From the NCBI GenBank assembly GCA_024137785.1, contig JAHRHZ010000126.1:274719-338718 (forward strand): 64,000 nt of DNA. The letters run 5' to 3'. Below are positions 1 through 11,135 of this stretch, piece after piece. Origin of the DNA: Ginglymostoma cirratum (lineage: Eukaryota). Every line of letters begins with the position of its first letter. Position 1 is the stretch's first letter. The notes under the pieces were generated by a model. That model saw only the letters and a list, made by a program, of their open reading frames with translations, had not been told where the DNA came from and searched no databases. The position numbers and the translations under genes are program-made.

Positions 1-177
1 GATGGATTGACCATGCTAAATTGTCCATAGTGTCCAGGGATGTGTAGTCAGGTGGGCTAGCCATGGGAAATGCAGGGAAAGGGTAGGGCAGTGAGTCTGG
101 ATAGAATACTCCTCAGAGAGTCAGTGTGGACTTGTTGGGCCAAATGACCCATTTCCACTCTGTAGGGATTCTATGAT
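1..177 (+). mobile_element. HE1-type SINE, 3' part (cut by window edge)
   Basis: GGATTGACCATGCTAAATTGTCC...GTGTGGACTTGTTGGGCCAAATG...CTGTAGGGATTCTATGAT matches the 3' half of the full copy at 9756-10061. Confidence 0.85.
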
Positions 178-806
178 ACCCACATCCACTACTTCCTCTG
201 GAAGTTCATTCCTCATGGCCCCTCATGTCTTTTTAAAATCTTTCTCCTCTCCCCTTAAAAATAAAGCTCGTAGTCTTGAAATGCCCCACCCTAGTGAAAA
301 GATATCTGCTATTCACCTTATCTATACCCCTCATTATTTTATAAACCTCTATAATGTCACCCCTCAAGCTTCTATGCTCCAGTGAAAAAAAGTTGCAGGC
401 TATCTAGCCTCTCTTTATTGCTCAACCCCTCCATTCCTGGCAACATCCTGGTAAATCTCTTTGGAACACTCTCCAGCTTAATCATATCTTTCCTATAAAA
501 GAGGGTGAACAGAACTGCACACGATAGTCCAGAAGACGCCTCACCAACATCCTGTATAAACTCAACATAACATCTCAACTCCTCTACTCATAAGTCTGAG
601 CAATGAAGGCAAGCACCCTATTTATACGTGATGCAAAATTCAAAGAATTATGTACCTGAACTCCTAGGTCTCTGTTCTACAACATTACCCAATGCCCTAC
701 TTTCAATTGTATAAGTCTTCCTTTTATTTGTTTTAGTAAAATGCAATATCTCATATGTATCCAAATTAAAGTCCATCTGCTACCCTTCAACCCACTGACC
801 CATTGT
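178..806 (-). mobile_element. CR1/HER1 LINE 3' fragment, decayed
   Basis: Minus ORF 372-578 contains KLESVPKRFTRMLPGMEGLSNKERLDSLQLF, matching the C-terminus of the CR1 ORF2 copies in this window. Confidence 0.85.
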
Positions 807-855
807 CAATACACACTTGGGGCTGCTCCGCTATGAAACGAGCTTGAATATTTTA

Positions 856-1880
856 ATCTTTAATTCTTACCCTGAGCTTGCCTTCAAGAACATTGCAAAT
901 CTTTTTGTGTCTTTCTGATTATGCATGAAAAGACCATATTTTTTTAATTCTGTGAAGCTCCTCCTCACTGATGGCAAGAAAGACTTCCATAGCTCTTAAA
1001 AGCACTTCATGTTTCATCTTCACACATTGTAAGCATAGCGGTAAGTAATAAAGATGTCACTGGATGTCCAATTCATGCTTAAATTTTTGCCTTCCATTTG
1101 GCTGTGGGTCTTTCCATTTTCTTAAGGAGGAAGGTATTTTTTTTTCCCCTTTTATTCTTCTGTATCTATTTATATTCTCTATGTTGCATCTCTTAAGAAT
1201 TGTAATCTCGTGGTAGCAGGGCTTCTGGCTGTACGTAGTATTTGCATTTCTAAGGAATGATGGTTTCCATGTTTTTGCGCTGATTTAAAAAAAGCTGTGG
1301 AATTGGCCAAAGTTTGGGAATGGATGAAGCTTTTAAATGTAGAAACCAATTGTTTTCAAGTGATTTTAAGCTGCGTTTTCTTCAATGGGGGAGATTTCAG
1401 ATGTGTGTTCAGGACTATTTAACTGCCTTTTTCAAAAACCTAGATCAGCTGTCTCTTTTTTCTTTAAAATAAAAGGTGACAGAGAGAGAGTACATTTTGA
1501 TTTCACTGTAAGATCAACATTTTTAATTTTAATTGGCTCTCTTGTAAACTTACTGAATCTTGAAAGAAATTGTATTGACGTCAATGAGGTTTGTCTGCTT
1601 GCTGGGCAACGCTCTAAACACTGTTGTGCACGACTATTCGTACGATAGAAATCGGTGCTGTTGATTGTATTTTCTGATGTCCAAAGCTGTTCTTGGTTGG
1701 TCTTCAATTTATTTTCCAAATATCTGGCAGTCTTTATCATAGGTGGCTATGACTTCTGCCATGAAATGATCCTTCCTCTGGCAGGGTATTTTACCTGGTG
1801 TGGTACTGCTTATCTTACTCACTGTAAGGTAGGAAACTGGGTGTGGCCATTTGGTATTTATGAATCCAACAGCCATTTCT
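856..1880 (-). pseudogene. Fossil ORF of an APE-type non-LTR retrotransposon (possibly RTE-like): endonuclease end, linker, start of RT
   Basis: One minus frame from 1740 to ~860 has 6 stops in ~290 codons and no frameshift; FINTKWPHP...HQVKY upstream (one frameshift) resembles the APE IxNTxFxH...NQIDY motif; IKGEKKIPSSLRKW and KICNVLEGKL resemble early RT blocks. Confidence 0.45.
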
Positions 1881-1990
1881 TACAGCCAACTATTATATAC
1901 AACTTTACATTCATGGGCACATATACGTCTGCACTAGCACTAAGATATTCAATCACCCAAAAAAGGATGACAAAGTGATGATATCATGAG

Positions 1991-2114
1991 ATAACAGGAA
2001 CTGCAGATGCTGGAGAATCTGAGATAACAAGGTGTAGAGCTGGATGAACACAGCAGGCCAAGCAGCATCAGAGGAGCAGAAAGGCTGACGTTTCGGGCTT
2101 AGACCCTTCTTCAG
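1991..2114 (-). mobile_element. ~125-bp Penelope terminal-repeat unit with hammerhead core and 13-bp target-site duplication
   Basis: Matches Penelope ends at 8416-8515 and 55618-55708; flanked by ATGATATCATGAG at 1978-1990 and 2119-2131. Confidence 0.8.
2087..2114 (-). ncRNA. Minimal hammerhead ribozyme core
   Basis: CUGAAGA-A-GGG(UCUAAG)CCC-GAAA-CG-UC; conserved core, 3-bp helix II, palindromic ACGU; helix I not supplied by the flank. Confidence 0.6.
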
Positions 2115-2884
2115 GCTCATGATATCATGAGTCTGTCTCTTAAAAGGTATACTTACATAGATAAGACATAACACAAGTTGCCTTGTTGCACTCCCTGCTT
2201 CAATTGAAACGTTATGATTGTCCTTCCTCTAACCTGATGCTTGCTATTTATTCTGGTATAGGCTCTGGACAAATCTAATTTTTACTACCAATGTCACATT
2301 TGAGCAACATACCTGTTATAAAGCTGAAAGGATGTTTTCCCTCATGGACAACTGCAGGATCAGAGGGCATAGCCTCAGAATAAATGAATGCAAATTTAAG
2401 AGTGGGCTGAAGAGAGGAATTTCTTTTCTCAGAGGGTTGTGTCACTTTGGAACTCCACAAGAGAGCTGTGGGAGCAGAGTCCTGTTGTATGCTCAAGACT
2501 GAGATAGATAGGTACTTGACAAGTAGGGGAATGAAAGATTATGAGGAGAAGGCAGGGAAGTGAATGTGAGGAATGCTGGATTAGCCATGATCATATTGAA
2601 TGGCAGAGCAGGCTCATAAGGGCCAAATGGCTTACCTCTGTTCCTGCTTCTTATGGTCTTAGGGTCTTATGGCCTTACAACCTTATTAAATGTTGCTCAC
2701 AGACTGGCAAAAAGCCTTTGTGTTTATGAGGCCTTAGTTACCTAAGCAACTTACAACAGTGGAGCACAATCAGTCTGGAAATACAAGATTCATGAGCCGC
2801 CTCATGACAGGGATGGCTCAAAATCAATATAAGGAAATTATACACATTTAAAGGTAGAGATTGTGTTTTTGTTTCTGTTTTATC

Positions 2885-3100
2885 AAAATACTGGAGAAAC
2901 TGAGCAGCGCTGACAGTATCTATGTAGAAAGAAACAGATTTAATGTTTTGAGCACTTTTTAAAAAAAAGACTCTTTTTTTAGAACTGAAGGGAGGTAGAG
3001 AAGTGGTTTTGTTTACTGTAGAAAAAGGTGGAGAAGAGCAAGTAGAACAGAAGGTCAGAGGAACATCAGAGGATGAAGGAGGTCAGAAATCAAACATGTC
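2885..3100 (-). mobile_element. Old Penelope-related terminal repeat (second family), decayed
   Basis: AAAATACTGGAGAAACTGAGCAGCGCTGACAGTATCTATGTAGAAAGAAACAGATTTAATGTTTTG is the reverse complement of the unit at 50134-50255. Confidence 0.55.
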
Positions 3101-4749
3101 ACAGATGAGAAAAGAAGGAAAGATCTGTCACTTGCATTTTACAGTGAATAATACAGTAAAATACAGGGAAAAGCTGCAAAAGTCACCACAATCTGGCCCA
3201 TTTTGTATAGTTTCAGAATAAAAAGGATGAAAGATATAACTGGAGGAAAGTTCCGAGCCAGCCCCCCCACAATGGCTCCTGCACTGCCACCTGTCCTCCA
3301 TGGTCTCACCGCTGCCTGCGTCAGACTCACCAATGTAGGAATTACCACTCTTCAGGCACCATGTTACTCTCTGACTCCTGATTCCAGGTAAAAGTGTAAT
3401 GTCAATGTTTCATTTGTCAGATGTCATTGCCCAGAAATACCTTTGTATCAATGGCCATTGTTCTAATGTTAGATCAAAAAAAAAAGTTGGCCTTCATTCC
3501 TGTCTTTGTCTTACAAATTATTTTACCCACAGTTCTTTTTTCCCTCTTTGAATCTTTCAACCTGATTCAACCTGGTTTTAAAAATTTGGATTCTGGTCTA
3601 ACTTATATACTTTTTTTTTATTATTTTGGCTTATTTCGGTTGATCAACCCTGGAAATGAGCCCCAAGTTCAATCATGAGTAATGGATAAATGAGGTGAAC
3701 TTAAACCTCATTTTCCCCATTTAAGACTGAGGCTGTGAGGTACTGTTTGATCAAAAAACCATAAGGTTGTAAGATGTAGGAGCAGTAGTAAGCTATTCAG
3801 CCATGGCTGAGCTCATAATCCTCAACTTCACTCTGCTGCCTTTTCCTCACATCCCTTAATTCCCTCACTGAATAAAACTATCTCAGCCTTGAATATGCTC
3901 ACCCTCTGCCTGTCAATAACAGGGACTTGGTTCCTGGCTCCCATTTACATCAACTCTGAGGAGAAGAGTCTGCCATTTTCACTTCAGGCCTACTCCCTTC
4001 AATACCTGTCTGTGAAGCCTGCCACGATGATTTCTGAACTTTGTTCAGTTTTCTACACCTCTGCAAGACCTTACTGATACAACTCATTTTGGGGCACTGA
4101 CTTGCTCTTCCTGGAGGTCCAGCAAGATTCCTTTTCCTAAAGGTGTCTCTTTCTGCCCCTTAATTTACTGAGCGTACTGTTTTCTTTATATTCCCTTCGT
4201 AAGGAACTGGACTGACCTCTATAAATCTCTACGGCTATGCAATATTTCTTGGGATGCTGGTCTAATCCAAGCTTTCAGAGTTTGCTTGCTGGCCAGCTAG
4301 GTCATTCCCGAGTATGTAATCTATCCCTGTTACTGTAAACTCTGGAATGATTGACTGGACCTTGCAGATGAACTTGGTGGAGAGGTACAGACATACACCA
4401 TTCCTATTACTCCTGGATTTGTGCCTTGGTTTTCAATTAGTTGGGAGTGGGGATTGTGCAGATGTGGGGGAAGGAGGAATAGTTTACAATCCTCCCAGAC
4501 ATGAGTGATTGTGTGGTCCCAGTGACTCTAGGCAAGGAAACCAGTGTATTCTTTACAACAAAATAAGTCACTTCAGACTGGAAAGTTGGGAACTATAAGG
4601 TAAGCTACCTGTCTGTTCCAATTGTGGGCTGTGGCTAAGATGATCAAACAATATTTAGACCATTTCAGTTCATTGGGATTAACCAGATCATTTTAGCTGT
4701 TGCTCCTTGGCTTTCACTTTTACCTAGTCTGTAATCAGGGATGTTAACA

Positions 4750-5030
4750 AGACCATAAGATAATAGCAGCAGATTTAGGACATTCAGCCCATCAAGTCTG
4801 CTCCACCATTTGATCATGGTTGATATGTTTCTCAACCCCACTATCTTGCCTTAATCCCCAGAACTATTGATCACCTTCCTTAATCAGAACCTATCTTGGT
4901 CTTAAAGACACTCAATTACTTGGCTTCCACAGCCTTCTATGGCAATGAGTTCCACAGATTTACCTCCTCTGGACCCCATCCAAGACCAGCACATCGTTCC
5001 TTAGTTACAGGGCCCAAAATTACTCATAAT
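4750..5030 (-). mobile_element. Older CR1 3' end, host of the young CR1 (continues at 7217-7577)
   Basis: Typical CR1 3' UTR; ...GGCCCAAAATTACTCATAAT resumes colinearly as AAATTTAAGTCTGAACAGAGCC after 7216. Confidence 0.7.
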
Positions 5031-7216
5031 ATAGAACATAGAACATTACAGTGCAGTACAGGCCCTTCGGCCCTCGATGTTGCGCCGACCTGTGAAACCA
5101 ATCTGAAGCCCATCTAACCTACACTATTCCATTATCATCCATATGTTTATCCAACGACCATTTAAATGCCCTTAAAGTTGGCGAGTCTACAACTGCCGCA
5201 GGCAAGGCATTCCATGCCCTTACTACTCTCTGAGTAAAGAGCCTACCTCTGACATCTGTCCTATATCTATCACCCCTCCATTTAAAGCTTTGTCCCCTCG
5301 TGCGAGCCGTCACCATCCGAGGAAAAAGGCTCTCACAGTCCACCCTATCTAATCCTCTGATCATCTTGTATGTCTCAAATAAGTCACCTCTTAACCTTCT
5401 TCTCTCTAACGAAAACAGCCTCAAGTCCCTCAGCCTTTCCTCATAAGACCTTCCCTTGATACCAGGAAGCATCCTGGTAAATCTCCTCTGCACCCTTTCC
5501 AATGCTTCCACAACCTTCTCATAATGCGGTGACCAGAACTGTACGCAATATTCCAAGTGTGGCCGCACCAGAGTTTTGTACAGCTGCAACATGACCTCAC
5601 GGCTCCGAAACTCAATCCCTCTATCAATAAAACCTAACACACTGTATGCCTTCTTAACAACCCTATCAACCTGGGTGGCAACTTTCAGGGATCTATGCAC
5701 ATGGACACAGAGATCTCTCTGCTCGTCCACACTACCAAGAATATTACCATTAGCCCAGTACTCTGTATTCCTGTTACTCCTTCCAAAGTGAATCACCTCA
5801 CACTTTTCCGCATTCAACTCCATTTGCCACCTCTCAGCCCAGCTCTGCAGCTTATCTATGTCCCTCTGTAACCTGCAACATCCTTCCGCACTATCCACAA
5901 CTCCACCGACTTTAGGGTCATCCGCAAATTTACTAACCCATCCTTCTACGCCCTCATCCAGGTCATTTATAAAAATGACAAACAGCAGTGGCCTCAAAAC
6001 AGATCCTTGTGGTACACCACTAGTAACTGAACTCCAGGATGAACATTTCCCATCAACCACCACCCTCTGTCTTCTTCCAGCTAGCCAATTTCTGATCCAA
6101 ACTGCTAAATCACCCTCGATCCCATGCCTCCGAATTTTCTGCAATAGCCTACCGTGGGGAACCTTATCAAATGCTTTACTGAAATCCATATACACCACAT
6201 CAACCACTTTACCCTCATCCACCTGGTTAGTCACCTTCTCTAATAACTCAATAAGCTTTGTTAGGCACGACCTACCCTTCACAAAACCGTGTTGACTATC
6301 CCTAATCAAATTATTCCTTTCTAGATGATTATAAATTCTCTCGCTTATAATCCTTTCCAACACTTTACCCACAACCGAAGTAAGGCTCACTGGTCTATAA
6401 TTACCAGGGTTGTCTCTACTCCCCTTCTTGAACAAGGGGACAACGTTTGCTATCCTTCAGTCTTCTGGCACCATTCCTGTAGACAATGATGACAAAAAGA
6501 TCAAAACCCAAGGCTCTGCAATCTCCTCCCTAGCTTCCCAGAGAATCCTAGGATAGATCCCATCCGGCCCAGGGGACTTATCTATTCTCAGACTTTCCAG
6601 GATTGCTAACACCACCTCCTTATGAACCTCAATCCCGTATGGTCTAATAGCCTGTATCTCAGTATTCTCCTCAACAACATTGTCTTTTTCATGTGTGAAT
6701 ACCGATGAAAAATACTCATTTAGCACCTCTCCTATCTCTTCGGACTCCACGCACAACTTCCTACTACTGTCCTTGACTGGCCCTAATCTTACTCTTGTCA
6801 TTCTTTTATTCCTGACATACCTATAGAAAGCTTTAGGATTTTCCTTGATCCTACCTGCCAAAGACTTCTCATGTCCCCTCCTGGCTCTTCTTAGCTCTCT
6901 CTTTAGGTCCTTCCTGGCTAACTTGTGACTCTCAAGTGCCCTAACTGAGCCTTCACGCCTCATCTTTACATAAGCCTCCTTCTTCCTCTTGACAAGCGAT
7001 TCAACTTCTTCACTAAACCACGGTTCCCTCGCTCGACCACTTCCTCCCTGCTTGACAGGTACATACTTATCAAGGACACGCAGTAGCTGTTCCTTGAACA
7101 AGCTCCACATTCCAATTGTGCTCAGCCCCTGCAGTTTCCTTCCCCATCCTATGCATCCTAAGTCTTGCCTAATCGCCTCATAATTGCCTTTCCCCCAGCT
7201 ATAACCCTTGCCCTGC
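5031..7216 (-). mobile_element. Young 5'-truncated CR1 (HER1-like) LINE, copy 1
   Basis: ORFs 6457-7218 and 5119-6435 are in frame, separated by one TGA; (GTTCTAT)2 tail at 5031-5044. Confidence 0.95.
5119..7216 (-). pseudogene. CR1 ORF2 reverse transcriptase, truncated, one internal stop (6457-6459)
   Basis: KSPGPDGIYP, NYRPVSLTS, QHGF, MDFSKAFDKVPH, GVPQGSVL, KFADD motifs; no endonuclease domain. Confidence 0.95.
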
Positions 7217-7577
7217 AAATTTAAGTCTGAACAGAGCCTTAAAAAGCCACACTGTTGTATTTTAGCCCTCTTGAAATGGATTCTAACATTGCATTGGCCT
7301 TCCTAAATGCCATTTGAAACTGAATGGTAACATTAAGAGAATCCTGAGTCTCTTTGTGCTTCAGATTTCTGAAGCCTTTCCCATTCACAAAATACTTTAT
7401 GCCTCTCTTCTAGTAAATGTATAACCTCACACTTTCCCACATGTATTCCATTAGCCACTTCTTTGCCCACTATCTGAGCCTGTCCAAGTCCTTCTGCAGT
7501 CTCCCCAATTCCTCAACACCACCTGACCCTCCACCTACTTTTGGGTTATCAGCAAACTGAGCAACAATGCCCTCAGT
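7217..7577 (-). mobile_element. Older CR1 RT fragment
   Basis: End of ORF 7470-7859 reads EGIVAQFADNPKVGG...RLQKDLDRL. Confidence 0.8.
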
Positions 7578-7757
7578 GCTAGGGGTGGTGGGGTTAGTGG
7601 GGAGTGTGGAGGGGACGAGGGAGTCGTGGAGAGAGCAGTCCCTCCGGAAGACAGATAGCGGTGGAGAGGGAAATATATCTTTTGTTGTGGGGTCGGATTG
7701 TAGGTGGTGGAAGTGGCAGAGAATGATACGTTGGATGCAGAGGTTGGTGGGGTGATA
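7576..7757 (-). mobile_element. Penelope (Neptune-type) RT-EN linker, inverted segment
   Basis: TYHPTNLCIQRIILCHFHHLQSDPTTKDIFPSPPLSVFRRDCSLHDSLV is typical of the linker upstream of GIY-YIG. Confidence 0.8.
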
Positions 7758-7762
7758 TGTGA

Positions 7763-8515
7763 CTCCATACTCTCCACCAACCCCACCACTCCTGGCGCCA
7801 TTTCCTACAACCACAGCAAGTGCTACACCTGTCCCTACACCTCCCCCTCTCACCTCCATTCAAGGCACAAAACAAACCTTCCACATTAGACAGGGGTTCA
7901 CCTGTACATCCTCCAACTTGGTCTACTGCTTCCGCTGTTCCCGATGTAGCCTCCTTTCCATCAGTGAGACCAAGCAGAGGCTTAGAGACCACTTTGTACA
8001 GCATTCATACTCTGTTCGTGATGAACGACAACACCTTCCCGGTCACATTTTAACTCCCCCCTCCCACTCCCTGGGTGACATGTCCATCCTGGGCCTCCTC
8101 CAGTGGCACAATGACACCACCTGCAAACTGGAGGAGTGGCACCTCATATTCTGCCTCAGGAGCCTACAGCCCAATGGTCTCAATGTGGATTTCATCAGTT
8201 TCAAAATCTCCCCACACCTGGCCTCATCCCATGACCAACCCTCCCTCTCATCCCCACTTCCTTGACCTGACACAACCTATCCACCCCTCCCACCTCACTG
8301 ACCAATCCCCACCACACTCCCTACCTGCACTGACCTATCACCATCCCACCCCTCTTCTCCAGCCCCAGCCCTCCTCTCTCTCTTTATTTCTGAGCTCTCT
8401 TCTCCCTCCCCATTTCTGAAGAAGGTCCCAACCCGAAACGTCAACTTTCCTGCTCCTCTGATGCTGCCTGGCCCACTATGCTCCTCCAGCTCCACGCTGC
8501 GTTGTCTATATCTCA
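7763..8515 (+). mobile_element. Penelope (Neptune-type) GIY-YIG endonuclease remnant and terminal repeat
   Basis: KCYTCPY Cys-rich linker; FTCTSSNLVYCFRCSRCSLLSISETKQRLRDHF (decayed VY..YIGET); LQPNGLNVDF; pyrimidine-rich UTR; hammerhead-like core 8416-8442. Confidence 0.88.
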
Positions 8516-9159
8516 CTTTGGATGTGATCTCTCCTTCCTGACCGTGCAAGGCTTACTCTATTGCTCAACTCTATCAAACAGCCTGCACAGGATAGGCTGA
8601 TTGACGCTGACTTATTCTGTGTTTCACATTCTATGTTTCACTTGCCAGTTGTCTACAAGTGCCTTTGCAACAAAATGGATACTGTTCTTTTTGTGTTGCA
8701 TCAAAAAAAAGGATTGGCTGTCTTTATTTCACAAATAATTTCAACCACTGAATTCTTCCTTACGGCTTTCAAATAAACATTTGGACTTATTAAACACAGT
8801 TTTTCCTTGGGATTTGTTTTCATGCCCTTTGATGCTGACAAACGTCAAACCATAAACTTTGGTCTCTAATTCTTTTTTTCCCTCCTGTCTTATCAGCTTC
8901 TCCCCAGTGTCTGGTTTTCATGCTTTTGCTTTCAGCACAGCTGACCTACATTTCGACACTACCAATCTAACATGAAGTAACCATATTGTATCAAGCTCTC
9001 TTGTCTAAAACAATTTTCACTCTTTTTCCTTTTGTTTTATAATACTTGCGTTCTCTAACATCCCTCACTCTCCAAATTACCCTTAATCTTTCTTACCACT
9101 TCACATGCTCCTCCCCTCCTTCTTCTATTGTATAAAACTCATCACTTTTCCACATCTCT

Positions 9160-9310
9160 GCCCAGTTTTGAACAAAAAGTCATATTCATCTTGAAATGTT
9201 TATTCTTTCCCTCCCCACAGATATTACCGGACCTACTGAGTATTTTTGTAACCCCAGAACTCTGTTTTAATTTCAGAGTTTTGGCATCTGCAGAATTTTA
9301 TATTTCTTTT
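9160..9310 (+). mobile_element. Old Penelope-related terminal repeat (second family), decayed
   Basis: CCAGTTTTGAA...GAAATGTTTATTC...CCACAGATATTACCGGACCTACTGAGT resembles 50134-50255. Confidence 0.55.
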
Positions 9311-9755
9311 GGTGAAGTGCCTTCTGGATTTAGATCTGGACTAGAAATGAGAGGATATATCTAACCTAAGAATAACCTCTGATAAATATCTAGAAGAATA
9401 CTTACATTTGCTTAATAGATTATGAAAAAAAAATTAATCATGTGTATCTCCAGAAGGCAATCTATGCGTTGCAGCAATCTGATAGTGCCAGTAAAGATGA
9501 CAGAGTCTGACTGCCATATTTATCAAGATCTGGTTTCCTAAACTAATACTATTAGTGAGAAAACATTCCAGACCACACCATTCTAGTTTCATTACAACTA
9601 AGTAGCTGTGTGTTTCAATCTTATATCACTGCATTAGGAACTGACATAAGCAGATGATAGATAACCAAAACAACACTAATCTTTTCAAAGGATTAAAGTT
9701 TAACTTCAAATAATCATTTTATAGCTTCAGTTATTAAGTATTCCTCTTTTTTTTT

Positions 9756-10061
9756 TAGAATCCCTACAGTGCGGGAACAGGCCCTTTGGCCCAACAAGTC
9801 CACACCGACCCTTGGAGCATCCCACCCAGACCCATCCCCCTATAACCCACACACCCCTGAACATTACGGGCAATTTAGCACGGCCAATCCATCTAGCCTG
9901 CACATCTTTGGACTGTGGGAGGAAACCAGAGCACCCGGAGGAAACCCACGCAGACACGGGGAGAACGTGCAAACTCCGCACAGACAGTCACCTGAAGCTG
10001 GGATCAAACCTGAGTCCCTGGCGCTGTGAGGCTGCAGTGCGAACCACCGAGCCACCGTGCC
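9756..10061 (-). mobile_element. Full-length HE1-type tRNA-derived V-SINE
   Basis: A box TGGCTCGGTGG (10044-10054), B box GGTTTGATCCC (10000-10010), V domain GTTTGCACGTTCTCCCCGTGTCTGCGTGGGTTTCCTCCGGGTGCTC, LINE-like tail and A-run. Confidence 0.92.
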
Positions 10062-11019
10062 ACAATGATTTATGATTGTGTTGCAATGATTTATTGCAGT
10101 GAGTCCATATACAGTAAGTATGCACTAAATTTAAAAATAATATTGTATTTAGAGGCCAACTAATGATGGGGAGGAGCATGTCATATGGAAGTCATTGCAA
10201 TTTGACTTCTACTGAAAATGGACACCTTTGTCCAAAGCTTAGCATCAGGAAGCCAAAGCCATCATCAGTTTTGAGCTTCATTTGAAAATTGTTGGCAGGA
10301 CCTGGGTACCAAATAGTTTCTTTAGTGGAGGTGTACAAACAGCCTCTCCCCACCCACTCCAATTTTCAACTCTTTCTCACGCAACCTTCAGTTGGAAAAC
10401 TCACTGCACAATCTCAATTCAGTCAACTGTACTGTCAAAAGAATGGAAAGGCCAAGCAATGGTCTCAACGGAATCACAGTAACTAAGTACGCATGTCCCA
10501 CTGGAAAGGAAAGTTGAAGTGAAATAGGAAGAGTCTAGTGCAGATTAAATGTGGTTACAGATTTTTTTGGACTAAATTACCTGTTTCTGTGCTGTAAATA
10601 GTGTTTAATTCTATGTAATTACTTGTTTAAGGTGTAAACTCAGCTTGTTTGAAGACAAGGTGTGACATTGATTCCTCAACTTTCTTTGCAGTCTGAGGCT
10701 CCATATGGTGTATAATTGAGTTGCTATGATTTTATGTAGAAACTTACACAGCTGCACTGACATTATGATGGTTACAAATGTCTCTAATACTACTTTGCCG
10801 TAGTTCCTCAAAATATTTACAGAATCTTAACTGAATTTTCGTGAATCGTTATTCCTTATGAAACCTTCTTCACGATCACATTGTTAAATGCATTGGCCGA
10901 ACTGTCTATGTTGAGCATCAAATTGAACTTCCATTGTTAATACATACAACTCACACAAATTATGTGGAAAGAAACAATCCAATTAATTGTTCCCAAATAA
11001 AATTCAAAGAATGAAAAAA

Positions 11020-11135
11020 ATCAAAAGAACTGTGGATGCTGCAAAGCTGAAACAAAAACAAAATTGCTGCAAAATCTCAGCAGATCTGGCAGCATCTGTG
11101 GAGAGAAGTCAGAGTGACTTCAGTTTTTGTTTCAA
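11020..11135 (-). mobile_element. Penelope-related terminal repeat fragment with short inverted end
   Basis: AGAACTGTGGATGCTG...CTCAGCAGATCTGGCAGCATCTGTGGAGAGA; TGAAACAAAAAC is inverted as GTTTTTGTTTCA. Confidence 0.6.

Noticed and set aside
866-871. Minus-strand donor AGG|GTAAGA suggesting a host exon
   Set aside because: The frame carrying the protein-like sequence has several stops; better explained as a retroelement fossil
5430-6295. Alternative-frame and antisense ORFs repeated at 37103-37968
   Set aside because: By-products of the CR1 coding sequence; their recurrence reflects two copies of one element
9990-10061. tRNA-like A and B boxes (also near 15370, 47340, 58810, 63510)
   Set aside because: SINE heads; no complete cloverleaf seen
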